Below are positions 37,036 to 57,046 of a stretch of 64,000 nt of DNA, piece by piece (the first letter of the stretch is position 1; every line of letters starts with the position of its first letter). The stretch covers positions 558,001 to 622,000 of the forward strand of contig JBBPEB010000030.1 in the NCBI GenBank assembly GCA_039096225.1, in the 5' to 3' direction. The DNA is from Blastocystis sp. Blastoise. Taxonomy: Eukaryota; Protista; Bigyra: Opalinata. The translations under genes were made by a program, and so were the position numbers. The notes beneath the pieces were generated by a model. The model ran no database searches. It was not told where the DNA came from and was given only the letters and a program-made list of their open reading frames with translations.

Positions 37036-37476
37036 TAAGATATATTTTATTCTTTTTTAGTTTTTTTGTATACCATTCTTTTATAGTATTATATTTGATT
37101 ACCAATACTTTTTTAATATTGTTTTTGTAATTTTAAGTTTATTTTTATAATTGATTATTATATTGGCATTTGATTAGCATTCTTAAAACATCAGCTTTTA
37201 TGTATAATTCAATTATTATTGTTTTTTAATATAAAATCAGATTGTATAACAAAAAATATTCCCAATAAAAATATTTTTTATATAATGCTAAAATAGTATG
37301 TATGACACAATATATAATGAATCATGTTCAATAAAATATGAAGTTATGATATATATAACAATTAAATATAAATAATAATATATATGAAAATGAAATATAA
37401 ATAGTAAAAAAGTTTAGTGTTTTAATTGAACTCTTTGTTGTCACATATAAAGTGATTATTTTTATATTTTTATAGA

Positions 37477-38198
37477 TCAGTTGACTTCTAATTGCTTTAA
37501 CTTATTTAAGAACTGATTCAGTTGCTCTTCAGGAAGTGTTTTCCAGTCTTTTATGGTCATAAATTCCTTTAATAACGATTGTAGCGATGAAGAAAGAGGA
37601 GAAAGAGTAGTCAATGCTTCTATGGGTTCATCGTTCTCTATACATCTCAATAAATCTTTTGCTCGATCTGTAATTCCCGCGGGGACTCCAGCTATTTGTG
37701 CGCAATAGATCCCATAACTATCGTTACAAATCCCTGGTACTACCCGAAATAGAGGAGTGATTGCTTTATGAGAAGATGATGACGCACCCTGAGTCGACGA
37801 TACATCTGTAGATGCGTCATCTTCAATAAAGACTTGCATTTGTATATAGAGAATAGAAGAAATATTTGATGGAAGAATATCTATATATTAGTATTATGTA
37901 TTATATATATATAAAGAATATCTATAAACATGAATTACGTTGAAGATATTGTGTATAATGAGTTGTCAAAATAACCGTGGGAATAGGTGATAGAGATGCA
38001 AAATAATTTACTAGAGATCCAAATAGAGCGATTCCATCTATAAAATAATAATAATCATAGTTTTTCATATATATATAAGAATTGTTATTATATATAGTTT
38101 GATAATATATTAGTAAGTAAATACCCGCGGGGAGAGTTCCTTTTCCAAATTCATCGATAAGAAGGAGTGACGCAGCAGATGGTGTACCCAACATACGA

Positions 38199-38239
<41 letters not shown>

Positions 38240-38497
38240 TAATAGTCTTAACATCTGAAGTAAAAGCAGAATTAGAGTCTGAACAACTATATATATATAA
38301 ATATAATAATAATAAACAATAATATATAATATCATTATATATATATACGTTTCCATAAGTGACATTTTAGTATATAATCTATAGAAATATATATATAAAT
38401 ATAATTATTGATCCTCTATATATATACCTCTTCATGATGCCCATAACAGCTCTTTCCGCGGGAATATACATACCAATCTGATTCATATACACTAGTA

Positions 38498-38536
<39 letters not shown>

Positions 38537-38667
38537 ATTTGTTTAAGATACACAGATTTCCCGCTGTAATTAGGCCCGGTAAGAATTTGGAGTGAACCCT
38601 TTCTACTATCAATCTATATATATACAGATATATATATATATATTTGAATAATGTACTAGAGAGAATA

Positions 38668-38704
<37 letters not shown>

Positions 38705-39001
38705 TATCATTAGTAATAAATTGGTCCACTGTCAACTCTTGAAGAATATGGCGACTTCCCTATATACATAAACATATATATATATACATATATATCATAA
38801 TAAAAAGAATATTATATATATATATATATATATAAACTTTTATATAAACAACTGAATCTTCAGTTTCAATTGGACAAACTAAATTATAATCGCGGGAAAC
38901 GGATGTATAAGCAAGTAATACATCGATTTCCGCAGTTATTTTACAAATATCAATAAGTAATGATTCTAATTCTAATACTCGGTCTTCCATCTATAAACAT
39001 A

Positions 39002-39041
<40 letters not shown>

Positions 39042-39542
39042 ATATATTATTATTACTTGTGTTTTAATACCTGCTTCTAGATCTATTATAGTGGCATATA
39101 TATCACCATAATCCTATATATATTTTTCTATATATATAATTCATATATATAGAATACTTTATCCATTTTTCGAGTGTAATCACATTTATAATAATAACGG
39201 GAATCGCTTGTAAAAATATATTCAAATTCCTGTGGGAGATCCGGTTTTTCTTCTGAAGTAACTGCAAATGAAGCAACATAACCAACTATATACATAGATA
39301 CGTATATATATATACACTACTTTTAGGTATAAATAAAAAATTCCAGAGAAGCATGTGTAATTGAGGATATTTGCACGTGTAGATCCCCCTTTGTTCATCC
39401 AATAGTTCTTCGAGTTGTGAATAGAGATAACGATGTTGATCTAAAGTACTATCAATACCTATATATATATAATATATAATAATAATATATACCAATTTGA
39501 ATGACTACTCTCTTTTTAAGTATCGATTCAGATATATCAATA

Positions 39543-39593
<51 letters not shown>

Positions 39594-40087
39594 AGTGACA
39601 TACCTTTTCAAGAAGATTATGAAGAAGAATAACATGTGAGTCTCTCAATATAATTGGCCATTTTGTGATGATAGAGAGGGATTCTGGAATACTATTTCAC
39701 ATATAATAGTATATATATATATATATATATATACGGAAGAGTATTATACTTCTGTAGTAAGGAAAGTATTTCTCCGAAATGCAATATATTAGAAAGACTA
39801 TGGTATAAAGATATCCTATATATATATATATAATAATAATATATATATATACCAATCTGTGAATTTTGCTTGAACTGTTTTGATACGAAGAATAATTCTT
39901 GATATATCCTTAATCCCCGCGATTATGGGAGACATTTGAGGGAGAAGAGCCGAGAATGAGGATTGTAAGAAGTATTGAATCATCTATATATATAATAATA
40001 ATAATAGTATATATATATATATATATATATATATACTTGTTGTCTATATAAGATCTTTGTTTTATCACATAACGGAGAGGACATCCA

Positions 40088-40148
<61 letters not shown>

Positions 40149-40495
40149 TGTTTTAGTAATCTCATTCCCGCGGGAGTTTTGGTTCGATCCATTAGTGAAA
40201 ATAAAGAAAATCCTACATATATATATACATATATACATATATATATACATATATAATTTATAAATACCTTCTTTTTCTTTTCCTTTTCCTTTAATTACAG
40301 AAGGATGAAAATCGACTGAAAAGATCTGAAGGTCACTATAAGCATTCTATAAATATATATATATATATTAAATAAATAAAATATTTGGTAATTCTATATA
40401 CTGGTTCCATATACATATATGTAGAGAGAGTTAATGTTGATAAGGAATGTATTGTTAATTGACTATTCTCTATATATATTATATATACACTTTTA

Positions 40496-40530
<35 letters not shown>

Positions 40531-40596
40531 TACCCCTATCCAATTCTCCATTGATTCTATTTCGTATTATATACTGAAATAAAGCTCCCATAGACC

Positions 40597-40669
<73 letters not shown>

Positions 40670-41628
40670 AAATATAATAAAAAAAGATATAAAGTGAATA
40701 TAATACAATAAATAATAATAAAAACAAATCTATAATTTACCCTTTCAATTTGATTTCTGTCTATATATCCATCGACAGATGAATAAGTACCATTAATAAT
40801 AGTACTATAGAGAGAAGGCTGATCTATATATATATATATATATAAATGAAATGAATATATTTTTATAACTATATGGAATACTATAAATAAATACATAATC
40901 TAGAATCATATAAATAACTATATATATATACTTGATATATGAATAATATTGAATAATTCCAGGCAATTTTGATAGTCAACTAAAGAGTATAATATAACAT
41001 ATATGTTTATAATAATATAAAAAAAAACATTCACAAAAATACATGTAGATGCCTTTAGGAATTGAATAGAAGGAGGATTCAATGAAGAATAAACATTAGA
41101 CTGATTTTCTAAATGATTCTTTGAAGTTTTTGAATTATTTATAGATGAAGAGGAAAAAGGAAATGTACTGAATTGAGTTTTTAGAAGATCAACAATATCA
41201 GAATCACATTGAGAACTATATTGTGATTATGTTTTCATTAAATATAATATGATGAACAACAACATTATTAAAAAGAATACCTTAATAGAAATGTTTTTGG
41301 AGAATATGTATTTAAAACTAAAGAATATTATAAAAAGCTATATTTATTATACTTTGATTCATTTGATTTTGAAAATCATCACCAAGAACAAATTCTCCTG
41401 ATTCCATTTCTTGGGTATCAATCATGTAACATGAAATTCCGATTCTATACAATGAAAGTTTGATTTTATAGAAGATACTTAGCTGAACTGAAACTGAGAC
41501 AACATAAAGTCTATATAAGACTAAAAATGAAAGTATAAAATCATTACATTGAGTCGTGATTCTTGATCATCGATATTCATGTTATATGTATTTATGTCCT
41601 CGTCACTGCTATCCGTATTTACAGACAT
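37477..41628 (-). CDS. MSH5: MutS homolog 5 (meiotic crossover protein), about 20 introns
   Basis: [11 protein letters not shown]...[78 protein letters not shown]. One acceptor (40601-40602) lacks AG in this assembly. Confidence 0.9.
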
Positions 41629-41807
41629 TTTAAATCAACTAGAATGCTTAATTAATATCATATTATAAATAATCATTAAAAAAAAAATCCCTCTTTTTAT
41701 TTTTTTTTGCATTTACAGACTTTATTCAAATATATTTTTATTAATTTACACAACAAATAGTATAAATTAAGAAATCAAAAAAGAATTAATATATTTTTAT
41801 GATTAAA

Positions 41808-44071
41808 TTATGTGAACCTAGATGATAATCGTTGAATAGAAGAAAGAACATTTTGGGTTTGTGAAAGAAGCTGTTCATATCGTTGAGCAGCATCTTGTCT
41901 TTGTGTTGTAGTTCCAGAATCAAGGATTTGAGAAAATTGTGTTGTTTCTTGTTCAACAGAACTAAGTAATGTAGAAAAAAGATTCAACGTATTTCTAAAT
42001 TCCTATAAAGATATTTTTAAAATTACTATGAAATATATAAATATAATATGAAATATATAAATATAATATGAAATATATAATTTAATATGAAATAATAAAT
42101 ATAATATGAAATAATAAATATAATATGAAATATTTAAATATAATATGAAATATATAAATATAATATGAAATATATAAATATAATATGAAATATATAAATT
42201 TAATATAAAATATGTAAATATAATATGAAATATACTCCAATATCATGAGAATTAAGTTGTTCATTATTTTGTGAAGATGAAGAGTTTAAAAGAGATGGAG
42301 AGGAGAGAGATTGTAATGGTTTTGATTTTTGTGGAGAAGAGAATTGACTACTTGGTTTTGATTCTAAAGGAATAGTAGTATTTGATGATTGATTGCTATT
42401 TGAATGAAGAGGCATAGACTGAGAGCGACTTGTTTCAGTTGAATCTTTTGATTTTTGTTTCTTTGACGAATCCACAGTAGTTGCTGATGATAAAGAGAAA
42501 CGTTGACTATCCTTATGTTGATCTTTCATAGGATTCTGTTGATTGGCTATTATAGGAGATATATTATGTATGTAAGTTCTAGACGTAGTATTATCGTTAA
42601 TTTTATTATCACTAGGAGTAGTAGTAGTAGCTTTATTATTAGTAGTAGTAGCAATATTCGTAGCATTATTATTCGTAGAATTATTATTATTATTCGCAGC
42701 ATTATTAGTAATATTCGTAGCATTATTATTCGTAGCATTATTATTCGTAGCAATATGATTATTATTCGTAGCAATATGATTATTATTCGTAGCAATATGA
42801 TTATTATTCGTAGCACTATTAATGTTAGAAAAAGAAAATCTTCTTAGATTACTATTAGTTCTAGTTCGGGTAGCATTATTAAGATGATTAATATGTTGAC
42901 TAGAATTTGTATTATTATTAGTAGTAGTATTAGAAGAGTTTATAGTTCGATTTGTATTGGTAGTTACTCGGATAGAATTACTATTATTAGTAGTAGTAGT
43001 AGAACCATTAGCATTAAAAGTATTGCCAGTTATAAAAGGCGGTACAGATAGCCAGTTTCTGATATTTTGTCTTTCTTCTGTAGTAAAGCTAGCAATTCGA
43101 GAGGCACGATCAGGAGTACATGGATCCGTATCAGAAGAAGTAGAAGCACTGCGATGAAAATGATGGCGATGACGATGACGTGTAGTATTAGAAGGATTAT
43201 TAGAAGGATTATTAGAAGGATTATTAGAAGGAGTATTAGAATTATTAGAATTATTAGAATTATTAGAATTATTAGAAGGAGTATTAGAAGGATTAGAAGG
43301 ATTATTAGAAGGATTAGATGTATTAGAATTATTAAAAACATTTGAATTATTAGAATTATTCGTATTAGATCTATTGTCCATTTCATTGTTACTATCACCA
43401 TTATCATTATCATCATCATCAGCATTCACACTATTCAATAAACTATAAAATAAAGAGCCCAAAGGATCTAAGGATGCATCAATTGTATTCGTTTCACGTC
43501 GTGATATAGGCCTCGTAAATGAAGAATTTGGCTGTGTAACTATTTATTTGATATATATATTAATACATTTGATATCAAAATAAATATATATATATATACA
43601 TGATGAAAAAGAAAAATTAAAGGGAAGCGTCTATAGTAAGAGAAAAATCAATGAAAGAATGATTATTATATACATTGATGTGTGGGAAATTGGGATTCTC
43701 ATCATTTTCATTAGATGATGATTGAGAATGAGACTGGTTGGGCTATATAATAATATACATATATATCATAAAACTTAGAATTGTAATAAAATTACAAATT
43801 AAAATAATATTTATAGAATTGTATATACGTCAATCCTCACTAAATGAATTGCACATTCATCATCGATTCCATAGGAATCTAAATCCTTATGATCATCTAA
43901 ACACTTTCCACAGTAAATGAGTTTTTGGCAATCTTTCGATATCCCTCTTTCTGATTCAATCTCGTTCTTCAATTCTTCAACTGTAGAAACTTTATCAACA
44001 TTGATACAAAAGTTCGACTCATAAGGATCAATAATTCTTAACTTGATATCACGATAATCGTTCGGATTCAT
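41808..44071 (-). CDS. Ubiquitin-like domain protein with Asn/Ser/Thr-rich low-complexity middle
   Basis: N-terminal UBL (TVEELKNEI...QKLIYCGKCLDDHKDLDSYGI...IHLV); 5 exons; helical C-terminus ending at TAA 41808. Confidence 0.8.
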
Positions 44072-44500
44072 ACTTCTAACGATATTGAACTAATTTTTAT
44101 GATGATTTATTTACTTATTATGGATAATAAACATAAATTAATGAAAAAACTCGATTCATTCTTTTCAGAGTATTTCAGATTATTCTAGAAAAGCAATTGA
44201 CTGAGATTGGCTGAAATTGATTTAGAAAAAGTTCTCTACTGTTTTTTTCAATCTTGGTATACAAACGAAAAATCGTGGTTTTATTTGATGAATGCTGAGT
44301 CTTTTGGATATCTTTCATAAAAAAGAAAAAGAGAAGAGTATTCTTTTTCCCCTTTTTACATTGTATTGAATAATACTGATTATTGTCTCTTTATAAGGGG
44401 AATTTTAAATATTATTTTAAGGAGAGAAACATATTAATGACATATGAACACATTTTATTCATTTATTATTTTATTTATTTATTTGTGTAAACTGACTGAA

Positions 44501-45495
44501 ATGCCTCAATACGAAAAGGCTATGCATCTAGTGAAGATTGCTGTCCAGAATAATAGTGGAAAATTAAGTATAGCTACTGGATCTGCTGATGAAATGTTAC
44601 AACAACTTGCTCGTGGTGCGTACACTGCTGCAAGAACCGTTCAAGGAACAAAGGTGTTTCGTTTTAGTCAACATCTTCAACGTTTGTCAAATTCTATAAT
44701 TGGATTATCTCCTGAAGGCAGCTACATTCCTAATGATGCTATTTTAAAAGATAAAGTTGTGAATTCTATTTGTGATACGTATGATTATTTGTGTAAACAA
44801 GATAAAACAATTCTTGAAAACAATAAAGATATTCGTTTTACAATTCATTTCCCTGTTCCTATAATAGAAAATGTATTTTTTTTTTCTTATTTTTATTTTA
44901 TTTTTATTTTATTTTTATCAATTTTTTTTTTATCATTTTTTTATCATTTTTTTATCATTTTTTATTTCATTTTTTTATTTGTGCTTAGTATTATAAAATA
45001 TAGACCTTTGATTTCAATGTGCATATGTCTGTAATGCCTGGAATACGTCCTCCTCCAATTTATGTCAATTTATATAATAAGCCTAGAGAACACGCCCTAG
45101 TTAAAGATAGTCAATGGGTCAAGTATATTCATTTATATTACTTATATTGTTAGTGTTCTATTTATTTATTCAATTTTATATATTTTTTATGTAGCTATAT
45201 ATATATATATTCATTTTATTCATATTTTTCTTATATATTATTATTTATATAGAAATCGTAGTGTAATATATTCTCAATTAGCATCGGATATAGAAGAGAT
45301 ATTACTATATACCAATGAGGGAGAAGTATTAGAAGGAAGTCAAAGTAATTGCTTTATTATTCAAGATGGAACCATGTATATATATGTATTATATTATATA
45401 TACTATATATATATTAATTTGGATATATATTCTTTATTGGTATATTATTATATCATTTTTTTTTATATTATTTTATTTTATTTTTTAATAAGAAA

Positions 45496-45543
<48 letters not shown>

Positions 45544-45766
45544 ATACAGCTAATGAAGGTATTTTAAATGGAACAGTACGTGAAATGGTACTTCATTTAA
45601 TTCGTAAATATAATATTCCTCTTTCTTTTGAACCTTGTAATATACATGATATAAATAAATGGGAAGGAGCTTTTATTACTAGTACTTCTCGATGGATTAT
45701 GAACATTAATGCTATTAAAGTATATTCTTATGTTTATTAGAGTGTTTATTATGTTTATTATAGTCA

Positions 45767-45815
<49 letters not shown>

Positions 45816-45905
45816 ATAGGAAAACGATCAAGTAATTAAATCTTTTGATAAGAATCCTCTTATAGAACAATTAGAAGAAGGAGTAGCCAGTCAAATCAAT
45901 GAAGA

Positions 45906-45951
<46 letters not shown>

Positions 45952-45998
45952 ATTTATGTCATATATATAGATGTGAAGAAGTTATTACTCGCCATTAA
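44501..45998 (+). CDS. PLP-dependent aminotransferase class IV (D-amino acid AT / ADC lyase-like)
   Basis: GAYTAART, HLQRL, VKDSQW, EEILL...VLEGSQSNCF, GILNGTVR, EGAFITSTSR. Confidence 0.85.
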
Positions 45999-46442
45999 TA
46001 CATATAAATATATACTTTTATATATCTGTAAGTTGTTTTTTTTTTTTTATTTATTATACATCTAAATATATTATATATATTTTTATAATTCGCTTAAATG
46101 TTCATCTATATATCTTTCTTTTAAGCGAAACTATGCTTTTATGATGAGCCACAGTTTATATACTTTATATATATATTGTGGCTCATATGTTTGAGATAAT
46201 AGTTTTTGAGATTCATAGTGTTTTTATTTATTTATAGGCTAATTCATTTTATTTATATTTTCTATATTTATATTTTATTTAATTCTTTACAATTCACATA
46301 TATCAAACACATTGTTTGGCTTAAATTTTTATAAAGTCTAAATAGTTTTGCTATTAAAACTTTTTTTTCAAACTAGTTACTGTAAAAGATGAAACACAAA
46401 AGAAAAATTTTTAATAAAAAAAAATATTAAATTTACTTATAT

Positions 46443-49534
<3,092 letters not shown>

Positions 49535-50024
49535 GTACTCAATGAATAAACACACTAAATATCAATAAATAATCAGTTTAATTCGTTTCATGTGATCTAG
49601 AATTTGTTTAGAAATTATAATTAATTACATAAAATACAAAATGTGCTTTGTTCTTTATATTATTTTAATTTAAATTTTATGAACAATGTTTTGAAATACT
49701 TAATTATATCTTTTACTCATAAAAAAAAACTTTTCATGTCTAACAATAAAAATTAAAAAATTTGAAAAATAAATTTCTATTCAAATACAAAATGAAATCA
49801 ACATATTTTGTCAACGAAATCAGAATATAGAAACCTAGTCAATAATGATCTGTAAGAAAAGGATATAAAAATCAATGATAGATATGACATGTTGGACATA
49901 CATGGTTGTTTCTCTATTGATAGATAGATTAGATATATTTTGAAATATAGGCTAGCAACGTTACACGAATGGTATCTTTCAGATAATTAGTTTTTTATCC
50001 TTATTCAAAAAATACTTATAATTG

Positions 50025-51093
50025 ATGGATCATCACGATTCATTGATTATATATATTCATCACGATGGTTCGAGAGTATCTGCTGTTCGGTATATGGAAG
50101 CAGGATCTAGTCGTAAGCGACTGTCCGTAGATAATAGTGAAATTACGAGTATTGCATCTCTGTCAATCGATGAAATGAATTGTATTGCCGATTATCTGAA
50201 TGGAATTGATGTATATCATTTATCAAAATGTTCAAAGATGTATATAAGCATTATTCTTTACTCTATTATACAACATGTTTTTCTTTGATTATCAACAAGA
50301 GCCAAAAATACTATTTTATCCACTATATAGTTTTGTTGGTTTACAATATTATCGTCCTCGATGGAGTTCTTTATTGATACATCCAACAGATGATTTAGAA
50401 GAATGGAAGAAGATTTTATATAAATATAATAAGATTATTCGATATATTACAATTAGTGGTCCTACATATTGTCCATTGAAAGATTTCTTAGAATTTATAG
50501 CTACTATTAATAAAGATTTAATTTTAATTAAATATATTCATTCTTATAATCATTTCTTTTTTACTAATTCAAATTGTCCAGTAATAGAAACAGAATTCCC
50601 TTCTCATCATTGTGTATGGAATACACAATCTTCTATTCAAAACCATTTTCAAAAAAGAGGTGATTCTGTTAAACAGAAATATTGTTTTTTACATGGACAT
50701 CCCAATTTTGAATATATACGATATCAATTTGAGTTTTATATATATGCTCCAAAATATAGTGATATTGTTTTAGAAATACTAGCTAATAAAGTAATGATAG
50801 GAACTATGAGATTTTATACTTCAAAAGAATCAGGATATTATAAAGTAAATGATGTTACACGATTAATTCCTTCTATTTTTAATAATGAAGATCATAGTAT
50901 GATTCTTTCTATTGTTTTTAAAACAGATTTAGAAGAAAAGTCATATTTATCTATGCCTAAAATAGGTCTTCTTTATTTCTATAATAAATCATCACAGATG
51001 AATATTTATGAGCATGTATTAACCAATTTTGAATGTCAACGAAGTTGCACCAGATGCCCTAAACGAAGACAATCCGTACAAACGTTTAATTGA
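50025..51093 (+). CDS. Hypothetical protein with an N-terminal F-box-like motif
   Basis: IASLSIDEMNCIADYLNGIDVYHLSKCSK. The two ORFs join in frame through GT-AG intron 50240-50330. Confidence 0.6.
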
Positions 51094-51343
51094 TTCTTAA
51101 AGTCTTTTGACATATTTTCATTTGTATTATTTGTTTTATGTTGATTTATATACTTTTCTCTATATGTTATTATTGTTCATTTTTCCACTATTAAGATTTG
51201 GTTTTGTAATTGTTGTTTTTATTTTGTAAAAACCCATATAATTTCAATCAATGAGTTAGAATTGTTGTGGAATATATTTATGTAGTATTTAAATGATTAA
51301 AAAAATAGAAATAAGCAGAGTATCAGAAACAATTATTTTTTAA

Positions 51344-54205
<2,862 letters not shown>

Positions 54206-54224
54206 GAAAAATGAACAATCAATT

Positions 54225-55992
54225 ATTATTTTTTTGTTTGTTTTTGAGTTTTTAAGTTTATAAAGAGAATATAATATCAATAAAAAAATAATAAAATAAT
54301 GAAAAATGTTTAATAGGAAGAAATTTTAAAAAATTAAAAAAAAAATTTCAAAAAAAAAATAAAAAAATAAAAAAATAAATTTTATAACTTTATATTGTTT
54401 TATTTTATTAATAAAAATAATTATTGAGGTTATAAGAGATGGTGGAGAATAGTGAAGAATTAAATTTTTGTGAAACAGTGACAATTGATGTAGATGATGT
54501 AGAGAAGAAGCAATTATATTCGGATCCTATCAAATCTTTTAATGATACGAAATTGTCTACTCGATTTTATGAGGTATCAACATTATTAAAACTTGTGAAT
54601 CCGACTCCAGTTCAAGAATGGTCTTGGTATCCTTTAATTAATAATGAAGAAGTGATTACGAAAGCTGAGACAGGAAGTGGTAAAACATTGAGTTTTTTAC
54701 TTCCTACGATGGAAAAAATATTTCAGAAGCAACGTCATACATTTGATTCATTAATAAATAAAGATTATTGTGTTCCAGATGCATTGATATTGACTCCAAC
54801 AAGAGAATTAGCTCAACAAGTATTTTATAAATATATGTTTTATTTATTTATTATATAGTTATTTATATGTTTTATTTATTTATTATATAGTTATTTATAT
54901 GTTTTATTTATTTATTATATAGTTATTTATATGTTTTATTTATTTATTATTATTAAATATATAGATATATAATTTATGTTTGAAGATTCAAAAGATATTT
55001 AATATTAATTCGAGTTTAGTTACAGGAGGTGTAGGAAAGGATAATCAATTAAAATCATTATTAGAATCGAAATGTAATATATTAATAGCTACTCCAGGAA
55101 GGTATATATATAATATATATAATATATATAATATATATAATATATATAATATATAGATTAGTTGATTTATTGGAGAATAAGAAAGTGAATTGTGATTCTA
55201 TTCATACAATAATATTTGATGAAGCAGATAAAATGCTGGATATGGGTTTTAAAGATCAATTACAAACGATATATACATATTTATATCCAATAGATACAGA
55301 AGAGGAGAAGAAGAAGAAGAATATTCAATGTTTATTATTTAGTGCTACTTATCAAGAGAATATAAAAGAGTTGACTAGTCGTTGGATGACTTCAAAGAGT
55401 CCTATTCTTATATCTATTTCTCCTCCTTCTCTTCTCTCTTCAAGAAATACAGAGATCTCTATTTGTAATAATATTATTCAAGACGTACATATTTGTGCTG
55501 AACACAAGAAACAACGAAAACTTATGGATTTCATTCGAGTTTGTTTTATTTATTATTTTATTTTATTTATTATTTTATTTATTATTATTTTATTTATTTT
55601 ATTTATATATTATATATTATATAAATATATTCTTCTTCTTCTTCTATAGTATGTATTAGAAGAAGATAAGAAGAATGGAAAACGTCAGAGATCTTTAATA
55701 TGTATATTTGTAAATACAATTCGTAATGCAAGAGAAGTCTATCAATTTATTCATGATGTATTTATATATATTTTATTATGATTATTATGATTATATATAT
55801 ATATATGAATAGAAATGGGATGAAGGAAATCCATATTTAAAACATAAAGAACAAAATACTACAGAATCCAAGTATATAATGATATATATATAATTATTCT
55901 TATTCTTATGATTCTATTAGACGTCCTCCTAAGCCCTTAAATGTCGCTATTCTACATGGTCAACTTTCTCAAGAGTATATATATATATATAA

Positions 55993-56027
<35 letters not shown>

Positions 56028-57046
56028 TCGTACAATCCTTCTTCAAAAGTTTCGTTCTGGTGCTATTCAGATTCTTGTTACTACGGATGTCTTAGGAAGA
56101 GGAATGGATATCCCAAACTTAAATTATGTTCTTAACTATGACTTCCCTAGTAATCTAGGAACCTATGTTCATCGTATAGGTCGTACAGGTCGAAAAGGTA
56201 TTGTGGGATATAGTCGATCCTTTCTCACAGGTCGATTCTTTGCTCTCGTTCCTGACCTTGAATTATTACTCAAAGCATCTAGTATATATATATAGATTTA
56301 TTTATTTATTATTTATTATTCTTTTTATTCATTATTCTTTTTATTTATTATTCTTTTTATTCATTATTCTTTTTATTTATTATTCTTATTATTTATTATT
56401 CTTATTATTCAATCATTCTTATTCACTATCAGATCAAAAGATTCCACCCATTCTACATCAAGTAGCAGAAGAACAACGAATTCTAAGAGAATTCCAATCA
56501 TGGGAAGAAAATAAAATGGTATTATTATTATATATTAATTTTATTATATATTAATTTTATTATTTATTAATTTTATTATATATTAATTTTATTATATATT
56601 AATTTTATTATATATTAATTTTATTATATATTAATTTTATTATTTATTATTTTTATTATATATTAATTTTATTATATATTAATTTTATTATATATTAATT
56701 TTATTATATATTAATTTTATTATATATTAATTTTATTTCAAAATATAGGCTATGAAAGAAGATGAAAATGAAGAAAAAGAAGAAACAGATCATTCAAATG
56801 ATATTCATTCTATGCCTATTTCAGACAAACAACAAGAAACAATTAAACCTAAACCTACTCTAAAACGATCTTTTCCTTCCGATAGTAATAACTATAACTC
56901 ACGTCCAAAGAAAATACCCTTAAAACCTATCAAGAAAAACAAAAAATAAATCTATTTTTTTTTTTTTATTTTAATAATTTTTCATTTTCTTTTTAATTAT
57001 GTTTTAGGAATACTTTATTTAACTCTATAATTCTATTTATTATTGT
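54225..57046 (+). repeat. Inverted segmental duplication, arm B (partner 1-2575)
   Basis: Reverse-complement near-identity with the window start; begins ~20 nt after the CDC23 stop codon. Confidence 0.93.
54439..56949 (+). CDS. DEAD-box RNA helicase (DBP2/DBP3-like), copy B; 8 introns
   Basis: Same motifs as copy A. Introns: 54820-54964, 55102-55156, 55539-55649, 55758-55812, 55872-55920, 55975-56024, 56282-56432, 56519-56748. Confidence 0.93.

Noticed and set aside
50240-50330. Apparent frameshift between ORFs 50022-50288 and 50275-51093
   Set aside because: Resolved in frame by an ordinary GT-AG intron.
55102-56024. Discordant helicase introns as a single Introner/transposon family
   Set aside because: Beyond generic GTAT...TAG ends and AT repeats, the six introns do not share sequence, and no consistent target-site duplication is visible.
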